In this document: piece by piece, positions 26,674-41,199 of the stretch
Layout: each line of letters opens with the position of its first letter
How positions within the stretch are numbered: position 1 is the stretch's first letter
Notes under the pieces: generated by a model
Databases searched by the model: none
Told to the model about the DNA's origin: nothing
The model's input: the letters and a program-made list of their open reading frames with translations, nothing else
Made by a program: the position numbers and the translations under genes
From: Eledone cirrhosa
Taxonomy: Eukaryota
Direction: 5' to 3'
Length of the DNA: 64,000 nt
Assembly (NCBI GenBank): GCA_964016885.1
Contig: OZ024743.1
Coordinates: 105,214,001-105,278,000 of the forward strand

Positions 26674-27875
26674 GCGCGCGCATACATGCACATACAGAAT
26701 TATAAGATTACACACATCTGGGCTACAATACAATAACATGGAAATAACATTTTGGATTGATTACACATATATAACCACAAAAGGCCAAATGCGAACAAAG
26801 CACAAAATATAATACATAATAAAAACGCATAATCCCACTCACACACAACACACACTATTATTCAAACATACACACGCACACACACAAACACTTCTAATCA
26901 TACTCAACATATGGTATAAAGGGACTTCCTAAGGTGTTAGTTGATTTGTTAGAAATAGCAGCCTAATCTCTCACAAATCAAACACTAGTTTCGTAAAATA
27001 GAGAAGACTCATTGGTCAAGGTATTCTCTGATTTGCATGCATGTATAGATCCGTAATTCCCGATGATTTCGGAGAGTCATCGTAGTGATACACGGCGTGT
27101 CTCGAGTATTTAAAAGCTAGTGGAGTTTTGCTTGTACACAGTGGATTTCATCTAGAGAGGAAAAGAGAGAAAGATTGATAAACATGAAAGAGCTCTAGAG
27201 TGAGAATTGATTCAAATAGTGGACTGCTACCTTTGTATTGCTCTCGAAAGAATGGAAGTTGTTCTCGATGGGTGTTGAACTAAGAGTGTCGGAGCCGGAA
27301 CGAATACTGTAAATCATTCTCTCAGAGGTTCTACCGACTCTGCTAATTTGTCGCCTATAGTCACATACACTCTGATTTACAGATAGAGAATATATTATGA
27401 TGCTATATACATGAGCGTCTTAACAGACACATGCATCGTACTTCATTTAATTTTTTACCGGTTTTTGTTTCTCGTACAACACATATAGATGGTAAATTGG
27501 CAGAATTTTTAGAACGTCTGACAGAATGCTTTGCAGTATTCGTTCCGGTTCTCTTTCATCCTTTGGAGGTTGATTTAAAAGTACCGTTCCATTACAGGGT
27601 TTGAATCTTTCTCTATCTCGTTTCATCTTTTCACCACCCCATCTTCTTCTCTAGAATAGGTTGTTTCTGAGCTAGACAAGGATGGGCCCCAACAGGTTTA
27701 AAATGCCCGAGACATGGTATGTCAGGATGCCCCCCCCCCCCCCACAATTCCATCCGAAGTTACGAGTCCTTAAATACACAAGTTGGATTATAGCAAGTAA
27801 ACATTGAATTTATTTACAAAATTACATCTCTTGCGATATTTTAGTAATGTTTCTGCATAGTCTGCTGCCAGATTT

Positions 27876-28039
27876 CTAATTATTTTCGTTTGGCAGCTCA
27901 ATAATTGCTGGTTCTTTGAATGGGACTCGTATAACAAGACACTGGCGTCTTTTCCTGTCGCCTTGGTTTGATGGCAGTTGGAAACGTTGACAACCTCCAC
28001 AAAATTGCGTGACCATAGTAAAGTTTGGCACATGGTAAC
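27876..28039 (-). CDS. possible terminal exon of an unidentified host gene
   Basis: CACTAAT branch-like site and T7-CAAG acceptor, open frame GYHVPNFTMVTQFCGGCQRFQLPS..PFKEPAIIELPNENN*, then AATAAA at 27809-14. No homolog recognised. Confidence 0.28.
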
Positions 28040-28206
28040 CTTGAAAAAAATATATTAGTGTTTGTAATTATGTGTGCGTATGTGTGTGTGTGTGTGTGTG
28101 TAGGTGTGAGTGTGTACATAAATGTGTGCGTGTGGTTTGTGTAGAATTTAAAGAATGTACTTAAAAACCACAATCTTAAAGAGCATAATCAATGCTGTCA
28201 TACACG

Positions 28207-28273
<67 letters not shown>

Positions 28274-28365
28274 GTTTGGGAGCAGTGTGTGTGTGCAACT
28301 ATGAGGCAAGTCAACAAGAAAAAGTAACATGGGATAACAATGAAGATATATATAGTAGGAAATTA

Positions 28366-28403
28366 GCCTTACCGTTTCGGACGTTGATCTTACATCTGAA
28401 AGC
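28366..28403 (-). ncRNA. degenerate minimal hammerhead motif
   Basis: gcttt-CAGATGT-aaga tcaacg tcc-GAAA-cgg-TA-aggc; two core mismatches. Confidence 0.35.
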
Positions 28404-28568
28404 AAAATAAGAAGGAGAAATAGTAAGATATACGAAAGTAAGAAAAGAAAGAAAAAGGAACAAGTTTCCCAGGAAGAAAATACGCAGGTAATTATTCGAT
28501 AGACTGTGGTACTGGGACCGGGAAGACCACATATCAAAGAGTTAAATACTCATCATACATGGTTGTAA

Positions 28569-28747
<179 letters not shown>

Positions 28748-28925
28748 CTATTCCGGGTTCAATCGGGTGTAACCACATTAAGTAAGTACTCTATACATAG
28801 CAGAGTATAAATGTTTTAATATAGAAAAGCTTTTCTATATTAAAACAATATATATATATATAAAATATTAAAAAAATAATGAATAAAACAATGAAACAGT
28901 TCCTTATATTAAACAAAAAAAGTTC

Positions 28926-29062
28926 ATTATTTAACGATCGTTTCTAGGACATATATGTGTTAGAATTGGCATGCATATTCAACAGATCTATGTACAAAAT
29001 TATACAAACTATCAAATTTAATATACATACCAACACATACATATGCCGTCTTCAGAAATAAT
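28926..29062 (-). ncRNA. type I hammerhead motif with stem II domain of about 100 nt
   Basis: attattt-CTGAAGA-cggcatatgtatgtgttgg..ctaacacatatatgtcc ta-GAAA-cgatcg-TT-aaaataat. Confidence 0.7.
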
Positions 29063-29165
29063 TTATATATATACATATATATAAATGAAAATATAGAAAA
29101 TATAGAAATATATATATATATATATATATATTTGTTTTAATATAGAAAAGCTTTTCTATATTAAA

Positions 29166-29200
<35 letters not shown>

Positions 29201-29829
29201 AATGGATAGAGAATAACCAAGTTATTAAGGAATATTTATAAATTTTGAGCTCTGCAGCCGGTAGTCTAATAGTCTGCATCAGAATCTACAACGGCTGAGA
29301 AAATCCTCAGGTGATTCTGAATTACTGCTATATAAAGAAAACTGGATAGTATAGAGCTTCTCTCAACTTTACTAGGATCTATATTGGAAAACCCCAATAA
29401 CACCATATGTATATATATTTAAGAGCAAGCATGGATATTCCAGTTGTTCTATCAACGGAACAGTCTGCTTATAAAATTAACTACTATGTGTCCAAGCATA
29501 CCATATTTGCATGTACTATTAACATAATTATTGACTGTTAGATTCAACCTGACTTTATGACAAGGTTGCTCTTTTAAACAGATGTTTACTCATAAAGCAT
29601 GGTTTAGCCCGTGTCTTTTGTAAATGACGCTTGCTTAATATTTCATGCTGTGCGATCGAAACCACAACCTATTGATCTACTTAATTGTTCGGATATGCTG
29701 CATCCACTCCTTACGATATATTTCATAATACAGTGGAACAACGGAGAGTGTTCTACTAATGCATGGGAAAGTTCCATTACAGAACGAAGCAATTGTACAG
29801 ACGTCGGCATAATTAGAGGATTACACACA

Positions 29830-29896
<67 letters not shown>

Positions 29897-29902
29897 ACAC
29901 AG

Positions 29903-29934
<32 letters not shown>

Positions 29935-30594
29935 ACACATACACACACACACATGTATATGTGTGTGGATACATGCACGCATCTATGAGTCGTGTTTCTG
30001 TAATTTAAAATTAAGAAACCGAATTCTCATCAGCTTTCCGCCTTCTAGTCTGCAATCTTCTTTTCACTAAAGAGTTGATAGTCTTCTAAATCTTATTTAA
30101 GAAATTTAATTGGAGTTTTGCCTTAGGAACTATGGATAATTTCAGTTTTTTATTGTAGAGATTGATGCTTTTTACCTTTCATTTTCCCGATACATATAAT
30201 ATAGTCTCGGATTTGACATCAATATACGCGTTATCACTAAATAATATGTTCGGATATTGAACTTTCCTGTAGATTTATATTACAATTTCTTAATATATAA
30301 AATATTTTATTTTCTGAATTTGTTTGTTTCGCGGATGAGCTAAGAATAAGACTGATATCTGTTTGTCCTTGTATACTGTACATCACACAAAAAGGAAAAT
30401 AAGATTAGTCATTGACAAATATTGCTGTATTACCCAACTGTATATTTACTTCACGTTTTCTTTTCAATGACACAAGAATTAAATATGTGTGTACTCACTA
30501 TATGTTTGTGTTGAATTGTTGTAATTTCTAAATGGTTCAATATTACTTCGCTAACAAATGTATAATTTTGTTTACGGATTCTTTCATCAATAAG

Positions 30595-31027
30595 TTAACC
30601 TTTTGGATATCAAACTGCCGGAATCCGCCCTGTTTATTTTGAAGTGTTTATATTTACTGTAAAACGTCCATCATATTTTTATGTAAGAATCTAGTAAAAT
30701 TCTGTTCCAAACATCAATATATTGGTAAAGCTAGTTATATATTATTAAATCCTTCCTAAGTGTGGTTTATTTAAAAAAATTATTGAAAATCATTGGCAGT
30801 GTCTTTCATTAGAAATATGACAATAAAAGGGTCATCATGTCTATAGTTAGTTATCTAAAAGCCTTCCACCATAAGGTTATGTAAGAATAATTGTTGTTAC
30901 AAATACTAACTTAATAATGAGAAAGTAGTTATATTTGCAAATCCCTCCAGATTTTGGATTATTTTAAAAATTAATTGAAAATCACAGGCAGCGTCTTTCT
31001 TTAGAAATATGGTAATGAAAGAGTTAA
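30595..31027. mobile_element. possible old TTAA-bounded MITE (piggyBac-like) with duplicated right end
   Basis: TTAACCTTTTGGATATCA ... TGGTAATGAAAGAGTTAA imperfect TIRs. The right-end segment repeats at about 30786 and 30977. Confidence 0.4.
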
Positions 31028-31724
31028 ATGACGTGTAGGCTATACTCTACTCAAGACGTCAAATTAAGATCGAGAGCAAAAAATATCCAGACTTATCCAC
31101 CATTCTCCCCGGAAAAATTAAAATTGAGGGATATCGTTTTTTTCTTCTTCACCATATAGTTATTTCTAATTAGCTTTTTAATGCTACAAACTTTAAATGT
31201 GTTAATGCTAATTTAATTGTATATTTAGACAAGACACAACAAGAAAGATAATTAAATGCAGGCAATTGAAGCGATGCGAAACCATAGCTGCTTCTAAATT
31301 CCCTGGAGCATAAATAATTAGACAAATCAACTATTGACCTTCGTTTGAGATTCAATCACAACAAAACTTTACCGAACTAGACGACAATTTTAAAGTTTTT
31401 TTTACATAGTTTGCCAACCATCGAAAATTAATTTCTCCTTTCATAGCAGTTCTACTGCTGAGGTGTAAATAGGGAATATGTTATTCCAGTGTCTTTCACT
31501 ACATAAAGCTTAGTAACAGCCGGTTGCTGCAGGCTGAAATTATTTTTTTTTTTCAGTTGAAAAAACAACCTACAGCTTTTTCAACTGAAGTGTTCCTTTC
31601 TACTTGTAAACACACTTATCAAACACGTTACACATTGCACATAATAACCGGGATGAAGAAAATTTAGCTTTAGCTTTCTTTACTCAATCTTATCAACTAA
31701 TAGATGGTGTTAATTATGGCCTGA

Positions 31725-32060
31725 ATGCAGCAGGATCATCTGGTTAAGAAGTTCGCTTTACAACCGTTAGGTCCCCGGTTCGATCCCAGTGCGTAGCATC
31801 TTGGGCAAATGTCATTTACCACAAACTGAGTCATCCCAAACCTTACGAGGAATACTGAGTAGACAGAAACTGTAGGAAGCTTATCGATGGTCTGTACCTG
31901 CAATTTACACACTCTGTCACCTTGAATTTCCCTGAGAATTACGTTAGGGATACATATATCTATTGAATGCTCAGCTGCTTACATGTTTATTTCATGACCA
32001 GGTGGCTCAGTTGATTGAACACTTACAACACTTGTCATCGACATAACATGAGGTCTACCG
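31725..32060 (+). mobile_element. older tRNA-derived SINE of a second family
   Basis: TGGTTAAG..GGTTCGATCCC B-box followed by TTGGGCAA. Related decayed copies near 18660-18950, 25200-25550 and 45150-45265. Confidence 0.6.
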
Positions 32061-35000
32061 TTGTTTATGAGCAACTGTGTTTAAGACAAGACCCTACCGT
32101 CCTTCCATAAGTAATACTAAAAGTCGATAATTCTTGATTTGAGGGAAATTTGAACCACTTGGAGGACCCCTCATTGACTCACAAGAAAAGAATATAGGAA
32201 AGAAGCCGATTGTCAGACTAAGGAAATAATACTTTTGTTATTCTTTCTATAGCTGACACTATCTGCTGGTTACAACTCACAACAGGAGTAACAACGTGAA
32301 ATAAAGTATTTTGAGGAAGAACAAAGCACATCAAATGATCCAGGAGTTGAACTCATGACATTATGTTCATGAGACCAACAACTTAACCATAAGTTCTTGC
32401 AAGAATAATACGTAATAAATAGAATAAAGTCATTTGTTTTAAAGTATAATGTAGAGTAATATTGATAGACTTGGAAACATAGACGTATTGTAAGAGCTAA
32501 ATTTTTATCCCGATTAGAGACTACAGTAGGAAACGGAGATGCTTTGCGAGCTAAAGAAATACTTTTCAAACTATTCAATCTTATAGCACTTTCACTGTTT
32601 CCAACAGTAACCTATCCCAATCTGAATCACCATTGTACAGCCAACTGGTCTGGTTCACTGAGAGCTGATTATTATAACATACGATCTATATAGTTATTAG
32701 TTGGTTATTCACATAAAGCGGTAGATTGGGTAGAGTCGTTAGTGTGTTGGATACTTGTCTGATTCTTTATGTTCTGAGTTCAATGATCAGCGAGTTCCAT
32801 TTTGCTTTTCATTCTTTCAGGGTCTAATATCAAAGATTCAGCCCAATGCTTGTGCAGCCCTCTTTCCCATCAGCTGTCACTTCCTGGATGTTCTACTGGA
32901 TCAAATAATTGAAGGTTGGGAGGATGTATTTATTTGCTTGCGACTGCATTGGCACATGAAACCCTCAGGGGAAAGCATAGTACACATTACCAAATCAAAT
33001 TCGATTGAGAGTAACGACTGTAGTAGTGTCAACTATTATTTGATCATATTAAAAGCGACGGTTCGGCTGAAAGGCTAGAGAACTGGTATTTAATCTCATC
33101 CATCTAATTTCTGAAGTTGGATAGCCACTAGGTAAACATTATTCATTATCACTCATCGGCTCATGAAATAACTACTAGCTATGTATTCGCCTTGATTTTA
33201 TCTCTATAGATATATCACCTTTACAATTTCCTGATCTTTTTCTAGTTTGTGTAAGAAATACTTTGTCTATCAACGAATAATCAATAGGGAAGAGTGAATA
33301 TGTTAACGCAAGTGTCATATAGGATTGTTAATTTCTGATGTGCTGAACCCCTGGCCCCTGTTAAATTATCGTTGAGCAATTCCACTTGCTTCATGTCAAT
33401 GAAGGAGGGCAAACTGAATAACTTAAATAGGGATGTTTTACTCTAAGAAGACTTGACCCTGACGTATTACACGAATAAGATGTTTCCAGATTTGCCTCCT
33501 GCCAACAACTTACTAAATGGTTATGGGACATTTTAAATTCTCTTCATTTCCAAATACGTTAACAGTTTCACATCTCATCTTACGCTCGCGTCTGCCTTTG
33601 ACAACCGATGCAACTTCTCAGTCAAGAGGGTTAAGTTAAGCAATTTAACATTCCAAGCTTAACATCAGCTGTCATCACTAATACACATAGATTATGAAAT
33701 GATGTATTAAATAAGATTCAGAATATTAATGCCAGTCGAAATATTTTATCAACGAAAAATCAATTTAGAATATTCTCCTTTTAATAGACCTGAGACGGAT
33801 ATGCTTTCGTGCACGTTTTGAAATGCCAGAGGCAATTTCTTTATAAAGTGCCAACTCAATGCACGACCTACATTTACTTATTTACATTAGTTTAATGACA
33901 ATTTAGTAGTTGCAAATGGACGGTAGATGAGTGAAATCATAATTTTGAATTCTGAATATATTTCTAAACCTCTCTCGTATACTTAGGATAAATGTACGAA
34001 GAGGAATTTATGTACATGATCACGTGCAGACATTTATGTAAATATTGATTTATTTCAAGGGCACAGGGATAAGGATTTATATGCAATGGGAATATTGGAA
34101 TTCTCCTTCTCTCTCTCTCACTCTCTCTCCCTGTTTATGTCTCCATCTGAAGATTATTAGCAATGGGAGTGAAAACAGTTGACGTCAACAGGGAAACGAA
34201 ATATGTTCGCAAAGTCACTCGCCGGAAGCTGGTTTTTCTAAACTGCAGCGTTCAATGTTTCCATATATATACATATGTATATATATTGATCTCTCTCTCT
34301 CGATCTCTCTCTCTATATATATATGTATATATATATGGTATTGCGGGGATGATAATTGTTATGCTATTATTATTGGATGAATCGTTGGGCAGCTTTCAAT
34401 GGATCTTCTAAAGTTGCCAGTCATTTATAAATAAACGCCATTGGTGATCAACTATGTTTTATTATTTGTTCGGGACAGGAACTGGGTGGAAGCCAAGCCT
34501 TAGGAATATCCAGTGAAAGGGATATTACCCGTTTATTTGACACCAATCATGATTAGGCGGCATTTTGAAAAAATTGTCGATAGTTTGTATCTAACTAGTA
34601 GAGTTATGCTAAGAGACTATAATACACTTATGTGTTTCACTTGTGGATACGTCATGAATTCGTAGTGTATGGCGTCATGTTAGAGTATGTCTGCCCCCCA
34701 TCACTTCTGATTGGGAGCCCATCTCTCATAGAGATATTTCTCCCCGTCTCTTGGTAACCAAGTATTTCTGTATCACTAAAAGATATTCAGATTTTTTATT
34801 TCTAAATTTCAACCAGGACTGTTTGGTACTCTTTTGTTAACCGTTGTGTCATCATGCCTCGGGTATACGAAGTAACATTTGTGTATGTATAGACCTGTAA
34901 CTCCTGATAGAATCGCAGGAGCGTTGTAGCAAAATAGAGTATTTTTCGGGCAATTTAAACCTGGGAGTGCCCAGATCGTCCCCATGTCTGAAATAGTAGA

Positions 35001-36119
35001 GAGAAGTAGAGAAAAAAGGGAGGAGGTTTAAAAGAGAAATTGAGTGAGAATCGAGGTAGTACTGAACTGGTAATTTTCATGAACCTCAAAATGATGAAAT
35101 TCAATGTAAACCTCTGCATGCTTTGAAGATAGAGCGTAGAAAAATGAATAGAATATGGTAAAGCAATCTATTTGATGTTATATCGGTTCTACCTATCACC
35201 ACCTTAAGTACCCTGAAATGATCGTTTCCAAATTTCACAGAAAATGTCTGCAATATCCAGAGACATTGATCCAACTCATATGCTACAGGTCACGTTTATC
35301 TAACTTGCATACGATACATTTCATTCATCTGCGAGATATGAATCTCTTACTTCTCAATTTGCAGGCTATCTCTCCATATTTGACTGCACTTTAACGCAGA
35401 AAGTACCTTTTATTCCTCCAAAACCTTCTAAACTCAAGCTTCACCCAAATGCCACCTAAACATCTCACACCAAACCTAAAATCTCTTCATAAACAGTGAC
35501 CTTGAAAATATCCCTCCCCCTGGTGTCATGCAATTCTCTCTTCTTGAATGGTACAGATACACAACTACTGCACATACCAGCAAACAACTATTACCAAAGT
35601 AGAAACGTCAAGATCTTTGCAAGCGGTAGCTCTCAGCATCGCTGAAGACCTCACATAGCATACGTAGATTTTCAACATAATAGTTAATATATCACAACGT
35701 CTAGCCTCTTGTTCAGGAAACTAGTTTCCGTGATATAGCTATTACTAAGAATATATCAACCCCCTAACTTTCAACAAATTGCAGGTGTACATCATTATAG
35801 AGGACTGCTTCCACATTTATGACAGTGATGTTGTTACATTTGCAGTTAGCCTAGACTGTATTTACAAAACAAATCTATTATCTAATAGGCATGCATTCGC
35901 TTAGCAACACTTATACCCTCTGGCTTTTAGAAGTGTTGATATTTTTAGAATTTGGGATGAGACTTGTGAGAATTTCGTTTCTATTCTTAGCACATCGAGT
36001 AAGTTATTAAAGGTTCCCTCGCTTGCTTGATGCCCTGAGGTGAATATTTTGTAATGTCAGTATCACTGAAGTAAACGAGGAAGAGGAACAAGGAGAAGAA
36101 AAAAACAAAGAAAAATATG

Positions 36120-36745
36120 TTGGTGATGATGATGATGATGATGATGAAGAAGAAGAAGAAAAAGAAGAAGAAGAAGAAGAAGAAGAAGAAGAAGAAGAAG
36201 AAGAAGAAGAAGAAGAAGAAGAAGAAGATGGCGACAGCGGCGGCACGGCGACGACGACGACGAAGAAGAAGATAACCGCAGCAGCAGACCATTAATAGCA
36301 AGAGAATCATCATCATCATCATCATCGTAATGATCATCCTCCCCTTCATTATCACCATCACCATCATCATCATCATCCTCACCATCATCATCATCATCAC
36401 TATTCTCTTCATCATCATCATTATTGTCATCCCCTCCTTCTTCTTCTCCTCCTCCTCCTCCTCCTCCCGCCCTCCTCCTCTCCTCCTCCTCCTCATCATC
36501 ATCGTCAGCAGTAGCAGCAGCATCGTCTGCATCACAACAGCAACAGTAGTAGTAGTAGTAGTAGCAGTAGTAGTAGTAGCAGTAGCAGTAGTAGTAGTAG
36601 TAGTAGTAGTAGCAGTAGTAGTAGCAGTAGTAGTAGTAGCAGTAGTAGTAGCAGTAGCAGTAGCAGTAGTAGTAGCAGTAGTAGTAGTAGCAGTAGTAGT
36701 AGCAGTAGCAGTAGCAGTAGTAGTAGTAGTAGCAGTAGCAGCAGC
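36120..36745. repeat. compound trinucleotide tract (GAT/GAA/CGA/CAT/CCT/TAG/CAG)
   Basis: Seen directly. Confidence 0.95.
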
Positions 36746-36894
36746 CGTAACAACGTTTGAAGAGAATGTATAGAAAATAAAAGAAAGGAGAGAGATTCAA
36801 TAAAAATATGATGAACACACAATATGATCTGATTGTCGTAGAAGATATTGATATCATCTATGGCATAATCGAACTCCATATTATATATATATAT

Positions 36895-37060
36895 AAGGCG
36901 GTGGATTGGAAGTATCGGTAGAGGGTCGGACGCCATGCTTTGCAGCAAAGAGTTCAAATCCCGCCAAGGTTAACTTTGCCTTTCATCCTTACGGGGTCGA
37001 TAAAATAATGTACCAGTAAATATACTGGGTAATTGCTGGCCTTGTGCCAAAAGTAGAAAC

Positions 37061-37065
<5 letters not shown>
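36895..37065 (+). mobile_element. tRNA-derived SINE
   Basis: Window SINE consensus with a small deletion. Confidence 0.9.
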
Positions 37066-37126
<61 letters not shown>

Positions 37127-37191
37127 GTGAGGTTTTTTTTACAAAATCAAAAATAACCGAGGTGTCCTTCACGTGTGAAAGTATAAAGAAA

Positions 37192-37716
<525 letters not shown>

Positions 37717-37786
37717 AGTATTTTCCGTTGTGTTGTAACACGTGTCAATAAATTCCTTTCAACTAAACTGTATCCATTCAAATCTT

Positions 37787-37860
<74 letters not shown>

Positions 37861-38221
37861 CACGCAATGAAATAAAGCAGAAATCTCTTGCTATTCATTC
37901 TGTTTAATGGCGATACTTTTAATCCTTGGGTACATTCACCAAATTTGATTGTGAGGGGCAGACAATTATCCCTCCTTTTGGTGTAATGAGAAACAACGTA
38001 CCTCTTGCACTATGTTGTTGTATAATGATTTGTCCGCGACGTACACACGTACAAACATATTCATACGTATACACGTATGGATATATAAATGCTTGCATAC
38101 AAATATTCACACACACACACATATACATATACACGCATACACACTTACACATATATATCTATATCTATCTCTCTCTATGTATATATATATATATTTATAT
38201 ATATATATACATGCATATATG

Positions 38222-38304
<83 letters not shown>

Positions 38305-38307
<3 letters not shown>

Positions 38308-39764
38308 TTAGTTAAGCAAAACAAGACCACAAATTTTACAAGGAAGACATTATTAAAAGATTGTCAACATATTTTAGTTTGATGTAAGGAACGTAGAGAA
38401 TAATTGACATCATACTTATGGCTAGGCAGACCATCATTGAATTCAACGGAGCACTCTGGACTAGAAAAGACAGAACAGACAACTTTGACATCACGATGGG
38501 CTCAAGTGATTCTGCGCAAATCACCGATTTAGTTGGAATTTAACTATTACATAACATCAGAGCCGAGATCCAACCCTCGCAAGGCAGAATATACTGGGGC
38601 GACGCCCTATTTGCAGTCCATAATTGCACTAATCGGGGCATTGATTTGCACAAAAAACAATTACATAGATTCTTTAAAAATAATGGTCTCTCTATCATCA
38701 TCGAGCCGAACCATAAAGTAGTAAACTTGCTAGACGTCACCCTGGATCGTAACAATAAACTATATTACCCTTACCATAAACCAGGTGAAATACCTACATA
38801 TATTAGCCCACACTCTAACCACCCACCGGCAGTCATCGGAGCAGTAATCAAATCTATCTCTTATAGCATCTCCATGCTATCAGCAAATGAGGAGATATTT
38901 ATAAACCATGCACCATATTATAATAAGGCTCTTTCTGAATCTGGTTATGAACAATCCATTTACTACATACCTAAATGCCATAACACAGCAATTCACCGTA
39001 ATAAACTTAACACTAGATCTAGAAATACCTTAGCATATAGCCAGATTCGCCGGAATTTTAGCAGTTACAACACCTATACAGGGAACTTTAATGGTGTCAG
39101 CGGCCTGCTCCCCACTCCAAGTAGCAAACTAAAAATCAACCCTAGAATAGGAATGAGAAATGGGATGACAAATAGCAAATGCCCAGGTAATAATAATCCT
39201 AGGAAGGCCCCCTACCAACTCCATTAGAACCCCTAGAAGGAATAGGCCTAGAAATATCACCTGGCTTAACCTCCACCCCATTTTCATCTAATCTAGTCAC
39301 TAATATCCCGAAACGCTTCTTCTCTATCCTATCTAAACACCCCCCCAACCATAGATATTATAAATTATTTAATAAAAATAACATTAAAATCTCATTCTCC
39401 ATAACACCTAACCTAGCTAGCCACATCGCATTCAGTAACCATCATAAACTAAGACAGTATAACTCCCACACCGCGGTACCACCACCCCTATCAAATACAC
39501 CACGCCACTACACCAATACTTACTCTAATAGCACACCTCCCCCATCTAATCCTTTTAACACTGACCAACCACTTAGGTTAAACTACCTTACTCTCACTAA
39601 CCGCAGAAGCAACTGCAACTGCCGTTACCCTAATGCATGCCCACTAAATGGACACTGCCTGACACCCAACATAGTCTATAAGTGCACGGTTAAAACTGCT
39701 TCGAATACCAGCTCCTATATGGGGTCTACCTCTAACCCTTTTAAGGTACGCCTCTAACCCTTTT
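38305..39764 (+). mobile_element. Penelope-like element, RT to start of GIY-YIG, pseudogenised
   Basis: FDITMGSSDSAQITDLVG, VNLLDVTLD..YYPYHKP..YISPHSNHPP, and CNCRYPNACPLNGHCLTPNIVYKCTV..SYMGSTSNPFK. Confidence 0.92.
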
Positions 39765-39810
39765 AAGTTTCAAAATAAATTTTTAAAAATTCACTGTACT
39801 CACTATGGTT

Positions 39811-39897
39811 ACCTTTACCGAATCGGTTTCGAGTCTCAAAAATAAATGGACAGTCCGTGCGGCCTTCCATTGAAAAGATAAACTCTCGTCAGAAGGT
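39811..39897 (-). ncRNA. canonical type I hammerhead ribozyme motif
   Basis: acctt-CTGACGA-gagt..actc-GAAA-ccg att cgg-TA-aaggt: full core, three paired stems, GUA triplet. Confidence 0.88.
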
Positions 39898-40738
39898 TCT
39901 TTTCACTCAGAGAATATAAAATTCCCGAGTTCAAATTACGAACTGGCGCTATTCAAAATTGTTCCCGAGATCAGAATGAATGATGTGGAAGCAATTCTGT
40001 CCAGTGCCGTGTGTAAAGATAGAAGCAGAGGCAGGGAGGTCAGCCTACTACCACTATAAATAGCAGCAGTCAGAACGACCAAATTTTATCTCGACCAAGA
40101 GGAGTATAATAATAATAATAATGTATATATCTCTACACGCAAAAAGCGTCTAGGGACACATGTATTGTCCAACCATATGCCAATGTGGTTCAATGGCAGG
40201 TTAATAAATTAATGAGCCAGAACATATATAATCAAGGTTTAGCAAATAAGAAAAAGTTTCAAAAGAAATTTTAAAAAATTCACTGTACTCACTATGGTTA
40301 CCTTTACCGAATCGGTTTCGGGTCTCAAAAATAAATGGACAGTCCTTGCGGCTTTCCATTGAAAAGATAAACTATTTTGAAACTTTTTCTTATTTGCTAA
40401 ACCTTGATTATATATGTTCTGGCTCGTTAATTTATTAACCTGCCATTGAACCACATTGGCATATGGTTGGACAATACATGTGTCCCTAGACGCTTTTTGC
40501 GTGTAGGGATATATACTTTATTATTATTAAGCTCCTCTTGGTCGAGATAAAATTTGGTCGGTCTGACTACTGCTATTTATAGTGGTAGTAGGCTGACCTC
40601 CCTGCCTCTGCTTCTATCTTTACACATGGCACTGGACAGAATTGCTTCCACATCATTCATTCTCATCTCGGGAACAATTTTGAATAGCGCCAGTTCGTAA
40701 TTTGAACTCGGGAATTTTATATTCTCCGAGTGAAAAGA

Positions 40739-40825
40739 ACCTTCTGACGAGAGTTTATCTTTTCAATGGAAGGCCGCAAGGACTTTCCATTTATTTTTGA
40801 GACTCGAAACCGATTCGGTAAAGAT
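40739..40825 (+). ncRNA. type I hammerhead motif, inverted copy
   Basis: Same motif with one stem I mismatch (aagat). Confidence 0.82.
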
Positions 40826-40928
40826 TACCATAGTGAGTACAGTGAACTTTTAAAAATTTATTTTGAAACTTGTTCTTATTTGCTAAACCTTGATTATATA
40901 TATATATACATACATATATGTATATATA

Positions 40929-40977
<49 letters not shown>

Positions 40978-41160
40978 TATATATATGTATGAATACATAC
41001 ATTCAAGCATACATACACACATACGTCCAAACATATCTATCTATGTATCTATCTATATTTATATACATCCACACACAGACACACACACTCATACACACAC
41101 ACATATATGTTGTTTCAATATATCTCAGTATATCTGTGCATTGTGACTCTGCTATAAGTC

Positions 41161-41199
<39 letters not shown>

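Larger units (their letters stand above)
39765..40900. mobile_element. retrozyme-like element: 489-bp hammerhead monomer, tandem plus inverted copy
   Basis: Direct repeat 39811 vs 40300. Inversion junction at 40373/40374. Hammerheads at 39811-39897(-) and 40739-40825(+). Ends in (TA)n. Confidence 0.87.

Noticed and set aside
35987-36957. Long ORFs with poly-Y/D/L/V runs
   Set aside because: Translations of trinucleotide microsatellites.
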